A DNA stretch of 64,000 bases from Acidimicrobiaceae bacterium (GCA_009845995.1 VXYK01000055.1:188721-252720); one strand, 5' to 3'. Positions 8,682 through 17,520 are shown, numbered from the stretch's first letter. A program made the numbers and translations. Notes: generated by a model not told the origin, from the sequence alone.

Positions 8682-9043
8682 CCACACTCGTCGTTCTCTC
8701 CGTTGTACTCATCGTTGTGTTCATCGCCGGTCTCGCCGGCTATCTGTTCGTCGTCGGTGGTCAGCTCTCCCGCATCGCCACGCTCCTCGAGGAGTGCGCC
8801 GAGATCGTCTCGAAGATCAACAAGGACGCACAGGTCATCGAGCCCGGCGTCGAACGGATCAACAACACCGGCGGTGTGATCGCCGGAGCGCTTCCACTCC
8901 TGTACGGCATGGCCGAGGACATCGTCGTCGGCGCGACGTACGAGCCCGACCCCGATCCGCAACCCGAGCCGGCTGTGCCTGCCATGGGTTCGCGGCGCAG
9001 TCGACTGCACGAGGCCGTCGGGTATCACCCCGAGCCATATTAG
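8678..9043 (+). CDS. single-pass membrane mini-protein, array member 5 (121 aa) with Pro/Asp-rich tail
   Basis: 4-nt overlap with member 4. LVVLSVVLIVVFIAGLAGYLFVV transmembrane segment. C-terminal EPDPDPQPEPAVP low-complexity tail. Confidence 0.55.
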   Translation: MTTLVVLSVVLIVVFIAGLAGYLFVVGGQLSRIATLLEECAEIVSKINKDAQVIEPGVERINNTGGVIAGALPLLYGMAEDIVVGATYEPDPDPQPEPAVPAMGSRRSRLHEAVGYHPEPY

Positions 9044-9137
9044 AGGCCCGAGCGGCCCGGTGAGCGAAGCGAACCAAGAGCGGGCAACAACGGGCTGCAA
9101 CTCGAAGGCTCGACGATTTTGCGCGCGCTCTCAGCGA

Positions 9138-9596
9138 TCAACCGGTTCTGGGGTTGTTCGTTCCTTCGGGCCGTTCGCGGCTTGTCGTGAGCGGGGCCGT
9201 GGTGGGTGCCTCGTAGCTCCCGATCCACTCGTCTTCCCAGCTCTGGTCGTACTGCTCGGGTGCGCATCCCGGCTGGTACACCGCGATCAACTCTCGGACG
9301 ATCTGTTCTCGGTGGGCGGCGGTACCGCCGGGAACCTCGTAGGTGGCGATGTGGAGCGCCCACTTGTCGCCTGCGCGTCGCTCCCAGCACCGAGCCCGTG
9401 GATGGCTGAAGGGGAGTCGAGCCTCCCGCAGGTCATCGGCGTGGTCGACATCGATCACGGCGAAGTCATGGGGTTTGCGGTCCGGATCGGCTCGGTACAT
9501 GATCGCGTACACGGCCGCCTGTGACGGCGGCGTCCACCCGCCGAGGATGCGCGGACCCTCGAAGGGATAACCGGCGAGCGACCCGAGCCGGATCAT
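9138..9596 (-). CDS. hypothetical protein (152 aa), last gene of the coxD-coxE operon
   Basis: 4-nt overlap with the upstream 94-aa ORF. Coding-like codon bias. No family recognised with confidence. Confidence 0.55.
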   Translation of the reverse strand: MIRLGSLAGYPFEGPRILGGWTPPSQAAVYAIMYRADPDRKPHDFAVIDVDHADDLREARLPFSHPRARCWERRAGDKWALHIATYEVPGGTAAHREQIVRELIAVYQPGCAPEQYDQSWEDEWIGSYEAPTTAPLTTSRERPEGTNNPRTG

Positions 9597-9877
9597 GCGT
9601 CGAACCCGTAGTCGTCCTCACCGACAACCTCGGCACGCGTCACCAACCATGCCGGGAGTTCGGCCTCGGCGACCGCCGCCTCGAAGAGGGGAACGGCCTG
9701 CTCGACCGCCTGCTCGGCGCTGTCGGCCTCGACGACGATCTGGGCACCGTAGGCCATGGCCCCGACCCCTGATGCGATCCCGCCGAGCTTGGCTACAGCG
9801 TCGGCGAGTGCGACTACTTCGGGGAGTTCGACGGGACGGTCTCCCTCTGCTTTGATCGAAACACTCCAGGTGCTCAT
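9593..9877 (-). CDS. hypothetical protein (94 aa) downstream of coxE
   Basis: ATG 9877 lies 4 nt after the coxE stop (9882). MSTWSVSIKAEGDRPVELPEVVALADAVAKLGG... The longer ORF-track version (to 10027) would overlap coxE. Confidence 0.55.
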   Translation of the reverse strand: MSTWSVSIKAEGDRPVELPEVVALADAVAKLGGIASGVGAMAYGAQIVVEADSAEQAVEQAVPLFEAAVAEAELPAWLVTRAEVVGEDDYGFDA

Positions 9878-9881
9878 CTGC

Positions 9882-11060
9882 TCATCCTCCGGCTGTTGGG
9901 AGTCGGGCGGCAAAGCGCTCCAGGCTCGCGAGGTCATGGCCCGATGCGAGCTCGTCGATGTAGGGACCGGCGGCCAGCATTCCGAGCGTGTTGGGCATCC
10001 CGAGCGTGTCGGGCGGAGCGTCCACATCGTTGCCGATCAGCGGGTTCATCCAGATGATTCGGTGGGAGAGCCGGCTCAACTTCTCCATCGAGTCGGTCAG
10101 TAGTCTCGGGTCGCCCCGATCGAGGCCATCGGAACAGATCACGACGGTCGCCCCCCGACTGAGTCCCCGACGACCCCATTTTCGCACGAAGTGATCGAGT
10201 GATGCTCCGATGCGCGTGCCACCGTCCCAGTCGAGCACTCGGGCCGCTGCCAGGCTCATGGCGTCGTCGGGATTGCGGCGGTCGAGGGCACCGGTGATGC
10301 GGGTCAGGCGGGTCCCGAAGCAGAACACCTCGACCTTCTGTGCAGCGCGACGCATCGAGTACGCGAACTGCAGCAGGTTGCGGGAGTGATCGGCCATCGA
10401 TCCCGACACGTCGAGTAGCAATACGAGCGGTCGGGTTCGTTCCTTGCGGTCGATGCGATGAAGCTCGGGGGTGCCGTCACTGAGTCGCATCGCGTCGCGA
10501 GCCATACGGCGAATGTCGATCCTGGGGCCGGTCCGGCAGTGGGTCTGCCGCCGGGTTCGCCGTCTCGGAGGTTCGAGCCGGATGCGGGCCATGATCCGTC
10601 GGAGCTGGATGAGCTCCTCTGGAGAGCAGGCGGCGAAACGCTTCTCGCGTTCTATCTCGATCGATGAGGCCTGCAGACCGAGAACGAGAGGTTGGTCGTC
10701 GCCCTGCTCGTCGCCGGGTTCGCTGTCGGGCACGTCGAGAGTGCCGGTGTTCCCCTGGGGCACCGGGCGTTCCGGAGCCGTCGGACTGTCCGGCGGCATT
10801 GGGAGGTTGAGGAAGTAGGTGCGGAAGACCTCGTCGTAGACGGGCAGGTGGTCGCGGCGATGCACCAGGGTGGTGCGCCCGCTCCAGTAGACGTCATTCG
10901 GGTCGCCCGGACTCAGCTCGGCGGTTGCCGCACAAAAGGTCAGCACATCGTCGCTGCCGACCGGCAGGCCATGTTCGCGGAGCGCGTGCCCGAACCCGAC
11001 GAGCCGATCGACGATGCCGACCGGTGTGTTTGAAACGGTCGTGCTGTCGGGGTCAGCCAT
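9882..11060 (-). CDS. coxE: VWA-domain protein CoxE
   Basis: Start MADPDSTTV... at 11060 overlaps the coxD stop. MIDAS motif in LLLDVSGSM. N-terminal VGFGHALREHGLPVG is typical of CoxE-type VWA proteins. Confidence 0.8.
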   Translation of the reverse strand: MADPDSTTVSNTPVGIVDRLVGFGHALREHGLPVGSDDVLTFCAATAELSPGDPNDVYWSGRTTLVHRRDHLPVYDEVFRTYFLNLPMPPDSPTAPERPVPQGNTGTLDVPDSEPGDEQGDDQPLVLGLQASSIEIEREKRFAACSPEELIQLRRIMARIRLEPPRRRTRRQTHCRTGPRIDIRRMARDAMRLSDGTPELHRIDRKERTRPLVLLLDVSGSMADHSRNLLQFAYSMRRAAQKVEVFCFGTRLTRITGALDRRNPDDAMSLAAARVLDWDGGTRIGASLDHFVRKWGRRGLSRGATVVICSDGLDRGDPRLLTDSMEKLSRLSHRIIWMNPLIGNDVDAPPDTLGMPNTLGMLAAGPYIDELASGHDLASLERFAARLPTAGG

Positions 11061-11946
11061 CGGCGACGAGTCGGTCGAGTTCAGCGTGTACCAGCTCGAG
11101 GTCGTCGCGGTCCTTGATGACCGAGCCGAGCGTGTCGGCTGCCGTTTCGCCGTCCAGCTTCTCGCCGCCGAGGACTCCAAGCGCATCGACCCAGTCGAGG
11201 GTCTCGGCGACTCCTGGAGGTTTGGCCAGGTCCATATCGCGCAGTTCGTGCACCGCGGTGACGACCTGCTCGGCGAGTTTGCCGGCGACGCCCGGCGCCT
11301 GCAACCGGACAATTTCGAGCTCCTCGTCCACCGACGGGTAGCCGATCCAATGGTAAAGGCAACGGCGTTTCAGTGCGTCGTGGAGCTCGCGGGTGCGGTT
11401 CGATGTGAGGACGACGATCGGGCGTTCGGTGGCCGCGACGAGGCCGACCTCCGGGATCGTGATCTGGAAGTCGGACAGGAGTTCGAGCAGGAAGGCTTCG
11501 AACTCGTCGTCGGCGCGGTCGATCTCGTCGATCAACAGGACCGCATTGCCACCGCTCCGAATCGCTCGGAGCAGGGGCCGTTCGATGAGGAAGTCCTTGC
11601 TGTAAAGATCGCCGACCGTATCGGAGTCAGCAAGCTCTCGTTCCGAGAGTGCCCGGACGTGGAGTATCTGACGGGCGTAGTCCCATTCGTAGAGTGCCTG
11701 GTGGGTGTCGATTCCCTCGTAGCACTGCAGTCGGATCAGCTCGCGGCCGTGGATCGCGGCAAGACACTTGGCGAGCTCTGTCTTGCCGACGCCGACCTCG
11801 CCTTCGAGGAGAATCGGTTGGCCGAGGCGCAGACCGATGAATGTCGCTGTCGCAAGGCCGCGGCCGGCCAGGTAACCGTGGTTGCGAAGGCGCTGCTGAA
11901 GTTCGGGAACGCTTGCGGGGGAACCGACCGCCGTCGCGTCTCTCAC
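11053..11946 (-). CDS. coxD: MoxR-type AAA+ ATPase CoxD
   Basis: Walker A motif in LLEGEVGVGKT. Walker B motif in VLLIDEIDRA. Sits immediately upstream of the VWA partner. Confidence 0.85.
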   Translation of the reverse strand: MRDATAVGSPASVPELQQRLRNHGYLAGRGLATATFIGLRLGQPILLEGEVGVGKTELAKCLAAIHGRELIRLQCYEGIDTHQALYEWDYARQILHVRALSERELADSDTVGDLYSKDFLIERPLLRAIRSGGNAVLLIDEIDRADDEFEAFLLELLSDFQITIPEVGLVAATERPIVVLTSNRTRELHDALKRRCLYHWIGYPSVDEELEIVRLQAPGVAGKLAEQVVTAVHELRDMDLAKPPGVAETLDWVDALGVLGGEKLDGETAADTLGSVIKDRDDLELVHAELDRLVADG

Positions 11947-12269
11947 ACGTCCTCCGAGGGATCGGAGTCAGTCGTCGGCCGGCTGGCCGAGTAGAGATCG
12001 CGCACGCTGGTGCCGTCGGGCGAAGCCTTGCCCTCGGTCACGAGGATTCGCTTCCACGCGGTGGCGAGATCTTCGTCGTCTTCTGCGATGCCGTCGAAGG
12101 TGAAGTCCCGGGCGTTGCGGCAGACCTTGGTGGGGCTGCAGTCAGGGTCGGTCCCCAGCACCTCGTCGGTCTTCCAGATCGGGTCGAGGCGTGATTCTTC
12201 GGGTGCGGCCATAGCTGGATTGTAGTGGCTCGACCTCCCCAGACCCAGTGGAGTCATGCGCACGATCAT
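11943..12269 (-). CDS. hypothetical protein (108 aa; 89 aa if started at ATG 12212)
   Basis: 4-nt overlaps with xdhC upstream and coxD downstream. High third-position G/C from 12212 onward. No family recognised. Confidence 0.5.
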   Translation of the reverse strand: MIVRMTPLGLGRSSHYNPAMAAPEESRLDPIWKTDEVLGTDPDCSPTKVCRNARDFTFDGIAEDDEDLATAWKRILVTEGKASPDGTSVRDLYSASRPTTDSDPSEDV

Positions 12270-13141
12270 CTCGTCGAGCTCGCGTGTTGAGCGATCATGT
12301 CGGCGACCACCGCGATGCCCACCTCACGGGGTGCCTTGGCCCCGATGGATATACCTGCGGGTGAGCTGATCCTCGTCGTGTCGGTCACGCCACGGTACGC
12401 CAGCCAGTCGTCGCGCGCCGACCGTACAGCTTCGGGTCCAAGCGAACCGATGTAGCCGACCCGCGAACCGAGGGCTGCCTGCAGAACCCGTCCTGTGGCC
12501 TCGATGTCGTGACCAACGACCACCACGCCGTCGATCGGCGACAGCGTTGCTGCCAAACCGACCGCCGCGTCCGGGCCCGGCATGGCGACAACGTTCCAGC
12601 CCATGAACTCGCCGGTGTCGGCGACCGCACCCGCCATGGCACCTCCGCCCATCACCAACAGTGTGCAACGCGGACTCCATACGGTGACGACTGCGTCTTC
12701 CGACACCGCCACCGACGCCTGCACTGCCCCCGCAACCGGCATGAGAACGGCGTCTGTCATGGTGGTGCCGTCCAGGTGACATGTGAGCCCGATTCGATCC
12801 CGCTCCAGGAGATGATCCCACAGAGCCGCAGGAAGGCTTGCGGCCGGCGCGATCAGGAGCCGGAGATGTGTCCCCGGGTCCACCCCGAGTTGTGACGCCT
12901 CGATCGTGTCGCACTCGATGTCGATCACTCGTCCTGAACTCGGTTTCGCGGCTGCGACTTCGACGAGCCGACTGTCCAGTGCTCCGCTCAACAGTTCGCC
13001 GAGCCGCCCGCCACCGGGGGTGATCGCAACCGCCTCGTTCGGGTCGAAACGCGGCGTGACACCGGGATCGAGGTTCCATGCGACATCGACCCGCGTGCCA
13101 CCCCGCAGGCAGGCGACCACACTGACGGCAATGGCGTACAC
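12266..13141 (-). CDS. XdhC/CoxI family accessory protein (second paralog, no YHS tail)
   Basis: MYAIAVSVVACLRGGTRVDVAWN... N-domain and LLVMGGGAMAGAVA Rossmann-like segment are typical of XdhC family proteins. Confidence 0.7.
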   Translation of the reverse strand: MYAIAVSVVACLRGGTRVDVAWNLDPGVTPRFDPNEAVAITPGGGRLGELLSGALDSRLVEVAAAKPSSGRVIDIECDTIEASQLGVDPGTHLRLLIAPAASLPAALWDHLLERDRIGLTCHLDGTTMTDAVLMPVAGAVQASVAVSEDAVVTVWSPRCTLLVMGGGAMAGAVADTGEFMGWNVVAMPGPDAAVGLAATLSPIDGVVVVGHDIEATGRVLQAALGSRVGYIGSLGPEAVRSARDDWLAYRGVTDTTRISSPAGISIGAKAPREVGIAVVADMIAQHASSTR

Positions 13142-13174
13142 GGCGACACGATACTGGCGCCTATCATCGTTCGC

Positions 13175-13792
13175 ATGAGCACCCCTGGCCCTGTCGATAC
13201 CGGCGACCTCAACGTCGCGGCGATCGTGCTCGCGGCTGGATCATCACGGCGGCTCGGGCAGCCCAAACAGCTGCTTCCGTTCAGAGGCGCCACTTTGCTC
13301 GATGCGACGCTTGATCGGGTACGTTCGTTCGGCCTCGCCCAGACGATCGTCGCAGTGGGCGGCGCAGCACCCGAGGTCCGGGCGACCGTGGATTTGAGCG
13401 ACTGCACTGTCGTCGACAGCTTGCGCCACACCGAGGGATGCTCCTCGTCGATCGTTGCCTCGCTCGACGCGCTTACCGATGACGTTGATGGTTTCCTGCT
13501 CTTTCTCGGCGACCAGCCTGGAGTCGTTGCGTCGACGGTTGAGGCGTTGCTCGCCACGGCGGGCAGGACACAAATCGCTGTGGTCGACTACCGAGACGGC
13601 TCAGGACATCCGTTCTGGTTCTCCCGTTCGATGTTCGATGCACTGCACGAGCTCCATGGCGACAAGGCCGTGTGGAAGCTGCTCGAGTCCGGTCGATTCG
13701 AGACAACCACCGCAGCGGTCGACACCGACGTGCCGCTCGACGTGGATACGTGGGACGACTACGAGCGCTTGCTCGCTGCGGACGAGAGTTGA
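13175..13792 (+). CDS. MobA/MocA-like nucleotidyltransferase (molybdenum cofactor cytidylyltransferase-like)
   Basis: AAIVLAAGSSRRLGQPKQLLPF is the NTP-transferase signature of MocA/MobA-type enzymes. Divergent from the xdhC-coxD-coxE operon. Confidence 0.75.
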   Translation: MSTPGPVDTGDLNVAAIVLAAGSSRRLGQPKQLLPFRGATLLDATLDRVRSFGLAQTIVAVGGAAPEVRATVDLSDCTVVDSLRHTEGCSSSIVASLDALTDDVDGFLLFLGDQPGVVASTVEALLATAGRTQIAVVDYRDGSGHPFWFSRSMFDALHELHGDKAVWKLLESGRFETTTAAVDTDVPLDVDTWDDYERLLAADES

Positions 13793-13814
13793 TCGCTGAC
13801 GACCTGGCCGATAC

Positions 13815-13837
13815 TCGAGCGCAGCGAACTCGCTCGA
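13815..13837. terminator. possible hairpin between convergent genes
   Basis: TCGAGCG (13815-13821) and CGCTCGA (13831-13837) form a 7-bp stem with a 9-nt loop. There is no U-tract. Confidence 0.25.
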
Positions 13838-13872
13838 TCCGGTGGAGTGCCGCTTGGGACGGCTGGGATCGG

Positions 13873-14943
13873 CTACGTCTGATCGTGGACGAGCACCACG
13901 CGAACTGCGTCGCGGCCAGGGACCTTCCGTTGCAACATCTCCATCGCAACGTCGATCTGCTCGAGCCTGTAGGTCTCGCCCAGCAGTTCCGCGGTCGGAA
14001 AGGCCCCGGAATTCAGCACTTTGGCGGCTTCAGCGAAAGTCGCTGGTGTCCCGCCCGCCCCTCCGATCATGGTGAGTGAGTTCGTGACCAGGTGATCGCT
14101 GATGATCTCGACCGGCTTTTCGTCCTTCAGCCCTCCGAGGAGGATGCGGCCGCCGAAAGCCGCCATTTCGACCGCGTCATGGACGGGCTTGGTGGCGAGC
14201 GCTGAAAGGTCCATCACGACCGACGGCCCACCGCGCGTAAGCGAGCGGACCTCGCCGGCGAGGTCGTCGACTTGATCCACGTTGATCGTTGTGTGTGCGC
14301 CGACCTTGATCGCAGTGTCGAGTCGCAGGCCGTCCCGGTCGGTCCCGGTCACGACGATCTGTTTCACGCCGATCATGCTCGACGCATACGCTGCCGCGAT
14401 CAGGCCCATGTGGCCGGGCCCCTGGATCACGAGCTTGTCACGTGGTGACAGGTTGACCAGTTGTGACCAGTTGATGATGCTGGAGAGTGGCTCGATCAAC
14501 GTGAGTTCGGCCGCCGGGATGTCGTCTGCGAGCGGCACCAGATGACTGCCGGCCAGGATGCCCATGTACTCGCCGTAGCCGCCCCACAGGCCGTGTTCGA
14601 AGTCAGGCGGAATCGTGTATCCGTAGAGGCTCATGCCACCTCGGTTCGGTGACGACAGGACGAGCAGGTCGATGCCGACTCGCTGACCGACCGTGACGCC
14701 GAGGTCGGCGTCGGGAGCGAGGGCGTGGACGCGGCCTACGATCTCGTGCCCGGGAACGACCGGACTCACCTCACCGGGGACGTGGGGATGTCCGTGGAAC
14801 TGGGAGACGTCGCTCGCACACAGCCCGACGGCCTCAACCTTGACGACGGCACCACCCGGCAGCGGCTCGGGAAAGGGGAAGTCACGGACCGCGTAGGTTC
14901 CGTCGCCGTTGAAGATGACACCGCGACATGTCGTCATGCTCAC
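13873..14943 (-). CDS. zinc-binding alcohol dehydrogenase (MDR family)
   Basis: GLCASDVSQFHGH and VVPGHEIVG zinc-ligand motifs. LVIQGPGHMG nucleotide-binding loop. Start is GTG 14943 or ATG 14937. Confidence 0.8.
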   Translation of the reverse strand: MSMTTCRGVIFNGDGTYAVRDFPFPEPLPGGAVVKVEAVGLCASDVSQFHGHPHVPGEVSPVVPGHEIVGRVHALAPDADLGVTVGQRVGIDLLVLSSPNRGGMSLYGYTIPPDFEHGLWGGYGEYMGILAGSHLVPLADDIPAAELTLIEPLSSIINWSQLVNLSPRDKLVIQGPGHMGLIAAAYASSMIGVKQIVVTGTDRDGLRLDTAIKVGAHTTINVDQVDDLAGEVRSLTRGGPSVVMDLSALATKPVHDAVEMAAFGGRILLGGLKDEKPVEIISDHLVTNSLTMIGGAGGTPATFAEAAKVLNSGAFPTAELLGETYRLEQIDVAMEMLQRKVPGRDAVRVVLVHDQT

Positions 14944-15145
14944 TTCGCTCCTTGTGTCAGATCGGCCGGCATGCTCCGTACCTCCGGTCCACCGGCGGGT
15001 TGATCAAAGTTGATGAATCATGCCGCATCCTGCGACACTCTTCGAAATCAGCCGAGAAGGAGGGGTCCTGTGGATGCGTCGATCACGTCTTCGAACGACG
15101 CGGCGGATCGACGGTGCACCGCCCGGACAGCGTTGACGACGTCGT

Positions 15146-15607
15146 TCAGTCGGCGCCCAAAGTGGCGTTGCGCGCCATGTCGGCGACCGTCGCGGCGTTG
15201 AGCACGTTCATGTCGGTGTCGAGCGTCTCGAACACCGGCCCGTCGCCACCCTGGAGGGCAAAGAAGACGGTGGCTCCGTCGGGACCGGCGTACTCCATGT
15301 GGGCCTCACCGCCCTTGCTCATGACGTAGGTGCCGGCTGGTCTCACTTTGTGCTCGCCTTCTGTGCCGTCGTCGTGGATCTCGACGATGTGCTGTTCGCC
15401 TTCCAGCACGAGGATCGCGGTGTCGGCGACATGGCGATGGAAGTGGCAGTACGAGTTGGGCGGCCAGCGCACCACCAAGTCGAGGCGGCCGGTCTCGGTA
15501 TCAGCGCCGAGGATGGCCATCTCGTACTTGCACGGGTAGCTCTGCGACGGATCGTCTATGGCGTTCCACTCGATCTTGTCGCCGTCGAACTGGTAGGCGG
15601 GTGTCAT
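15146..15607 (-). CDS. cupin domain protein
   Basis: ATG 15607 follows GAGGAG and lies just downstream of the BVMO stop. HFHRHVADTAILVLEGEQ cupin motif. The 250-aa ORF-track version overlaps the BVMO. Confidence 0.55.
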   Translation of the reverse strand: MTPAYQFDGDKIEWNAIDDPSQSYPCKYEMAILGADTETGRLDLVVRWPPNSYCHFHRHVADTAILVLEGEQHIVEIHDDGTEGEHKVRPAGTYVMSKGGEAHMEYAGPDGATVFFALQGGDGPVFETLDTDMNVLNAATVADMARNATLGAD

Positions 15608-15617
15608 CTTCGGCTCC

Positions 15618-17414
15618 TCATCGTCGCTCCATTCCAGCAAGGTCGCCCCGTTCGCGCCAGTCTCGCAGGATAGCGAAGAAGGCTTGGGCTCCGCCCATGA
15701 AATTGCCTCCGAACCAGCCCGGACCCTGGCCGGGTTGACCCTCGTTGTTGTAGTAGCCGGGCGTGCAGTTCCGGGCGAAGGTCGAGTGGGGGTTGGCAGT
15801 GTCGGCGACCGTCTGCACCCAGGCAGCGACCGCGTCGGGTTGTGCCTCGATAACCTGCTCGGGCTGCTCGAGGCCCTCCCGGACGATATAGGCGACATGG
15901 CGGCTCTGCTCGTTGTAGAGCTCGGTGAAGTTCGGCGTCACCCCGGATTGCATGCCCCCCATGAGGAACAGGTTGGGGAAGTCGTTCGTCATGAGTCCGT
16001 GAAGCGTGGTGATGCCGTCCTCCCAGTGTTCGGTCAGAGTTACCCCGCCGATGCCGCGAATCTCCATCGAGGCTCGACGCGAGTAGTCGGTACCGACCTC
16101 GAACCCTGTCGCGAAGATGAGGCAGTCGACCTCGTACTCCTCGCCGCCGACGACAACCGCGTCGCGGGTGAGTCTCTCGACGCCCTTGCCGTCGGTGTCG
16201 ACCAGCGTCACGTTGTCGCGCGTGAACGTGGGGAGGTAATCGTCGTGGAAGCACGGACGCTTGCAGAACTGGCGGTACCACGGCTTCAGCGAATCGGCGA
16301 TGGCAGGATCGTTGACGAACTCGTCGACGCGGGCGCGGATCTCCTCCATCTTCTCGAAGTCAGCGAGTTCGGCCAGTAGCGCCATGTCGCCGATCGCGCC
16401 GTCGCGGTTCTTGTTCGCCATGCCCGAGAACTTGCGGATGATGTCGGTCCAGCCGTCCGAGACCAGATCCTCGGTGGCCATCCCTCCGGAGGTGAGGATC
16501 GAGAAGTTGGCGATGCGTTCCTCCTGCCATCCGGGTTCGAGGGATGCCACCCATTCCTCGTCGGTCGGTCGATTGTTGCGGACGTCGACCGACGACGGTG
16601 TGCGCTGGAAGACGTAGAGGTGTTCTGCGGCCTCGCCGAGGTGCGGAATGCACTGGATGGCGGTCGCTCCGGTGCCGACGATGCCGACCTTCTTGTCGGC
16701 GAGCTTCGAGAGTCCCCCCGCGGTGTCGCCGCCCGTGTATTCGTAGTCCCAACGGCTGGTGTGGAACATTTTGCCGCCGAAGTCCTCGATACCTCGCAGG
16801 CCGGGAAGTTTAGGCTTCGAGAGCGGGCCGTTGCCGACGACGACGAAGCGGGCTGCGAGGCGGTCGCCGCGGTTGGTCGACACGATCCATCGATCGGCGT
16901 CTGTGTCCCAGGCGAGGTGGGTGACCCACGTCTGAAAGAGGGCGCCGTCGTAGAGATCGAAGCGGTGGGCGATGTTCTGGGCGTGGTTGCGGATCTCGGG
17001 GCCGTAGGCGTACTTGAGGCGCGGCATGTAATCGAGCTCTTCGAGCAGTGACAGGTAGATGTAGCTCTCGATGTCGCACTGAACACCGGGGTACTGGTTC
17101 CAGTACCACGTTCCGCCGACGTCCGCGGCGGCCTCGATCATCCGGAGGTTCTCGACGCCCGCTTGGCGAAGCCGGGCGCCGCTGAGAAGTCCGCAGAATC
17201 CAGCCCCGATGACCACGGCGTCCAGGTGCTCATCGATGGCGTCGCGTGCGAGAGGTTCGGTGACGTGCGGATCGTCGAGCATCGTCGGGAACTCGTCGTC
17301 GATGTGGATGTACTGTCCGATGCCCTCGGGACGGAGCCGCTTGTCGCGCTCGGTCCGGTATTTCTCGCGTAGGGCGTCGGGGTCGAACCCAAGCTCGTCG
17401 AGGTCAAGGCTCAT
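15618..17414 (-). CDS. Baeyer-Villiger (flavin-containing) monooxygenase
   Basis: VVIGAGFCGL FAD-binding site. FGGKMFHTSRWDYEY BVMO fingerprint (FxGxxxHxxxW). VGIVGTGATAIQ NADPH-binding site. Confidence 0.85.
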   Translation of the reverse strand: MSLDLDELGFDPDALREKYRTERDKRLRPEGIGQYIHIDDEFPTMLDDPHVTEPLARDAIDEHLDAVVIGAGFCGLLSGARLRQAGVENLRMIEAAADVGGTWYWNQYPGVQCDIESYIYLSLLEELDYMPRLKYAYGPEIRNHAQNIAHRFDLYDGALFQTWVTHLAWDTDADRWIVSTNRGDRLAARFVVVGNGPLSKPKLPGLRGIEDFGGKMFHTSRWDYEYTGGDTAGGLSKLADKKVGIVGTGATAIQCIPHLGEAAEHLYVFQRTPSSVDVRNNRPTDEEWVASLEPGWQEERIANFSILTSGGMATEDLVSDGWTDIIRKFSGMANKNRDGAIGDMALLAELADFEKMEEIRARVDEFVNDPAIADSLKPWYRQFCKRPCFHDDYLPTFTRDNVTLVDTDGKGVERLTRDAVVVGGEEYEVDCLIFATGFEVGTDYSRRASMEIRGIGGVTLTEHWEDGITTLHGLMTNDFPNLFLMGGMQSGVTPNFTELYNEQSRHVAYIVREGLEQPEQVIEAQPDAVAAWVQTVADTANPHSTFARNCTPGYYNNEGQPGQGPGWFGGNFMGGAQAFFAILRDWRERGDLAGMERR

Positions 17415-17435
17415 CGAATTCCTCGTATGTCGGGT

Positions 17436-17473
17436 CCTCTGGCTTGCTCAGCATGCTGGCAGACCCCCAGAGG
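17436..17473. promoter_or_regulatory. nested palindrome in a divergent promoter region
   Basis: CCTCTGG (17436-42) and CCAGAGG (17467-73) flank the perfect 10-bp palindrome CAGCATGCTG (17449-58). Confidence 0.3.
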
Positions 17474-17520
17474 CATCATCAAATCTGATTTGTCTGCGGC
17501 GTTGTGGTAGATCAGTTCCG

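Noticed and set aside
9138-9596. Reading the 152-aa ORF as a degenerate GIY-YIG nuclease (AVYAIMY ... REQIVRELIAVYQPGC).
   Set aside because: There is only a vague pattern resemblance, and the key catalytic Arg/Glu/Asn positions cannot be aligned by eye. It is left as hypothetical.
15053-15201. Strong Shine-Dalgarno-like GAAGGAGGGG followed by GTG, opening a ~44-codon frame in the ADH/cupin intergenic region.
   Set aside because: The product is Arg-rich nonsense-like (VDASITSSNDAADRRCTARTALTTSFSRRPKWRCAPCRRPSRR) and runs antisense into the cupin gene 3' end. Its G/C bias is explained by the opposite-strand gene.
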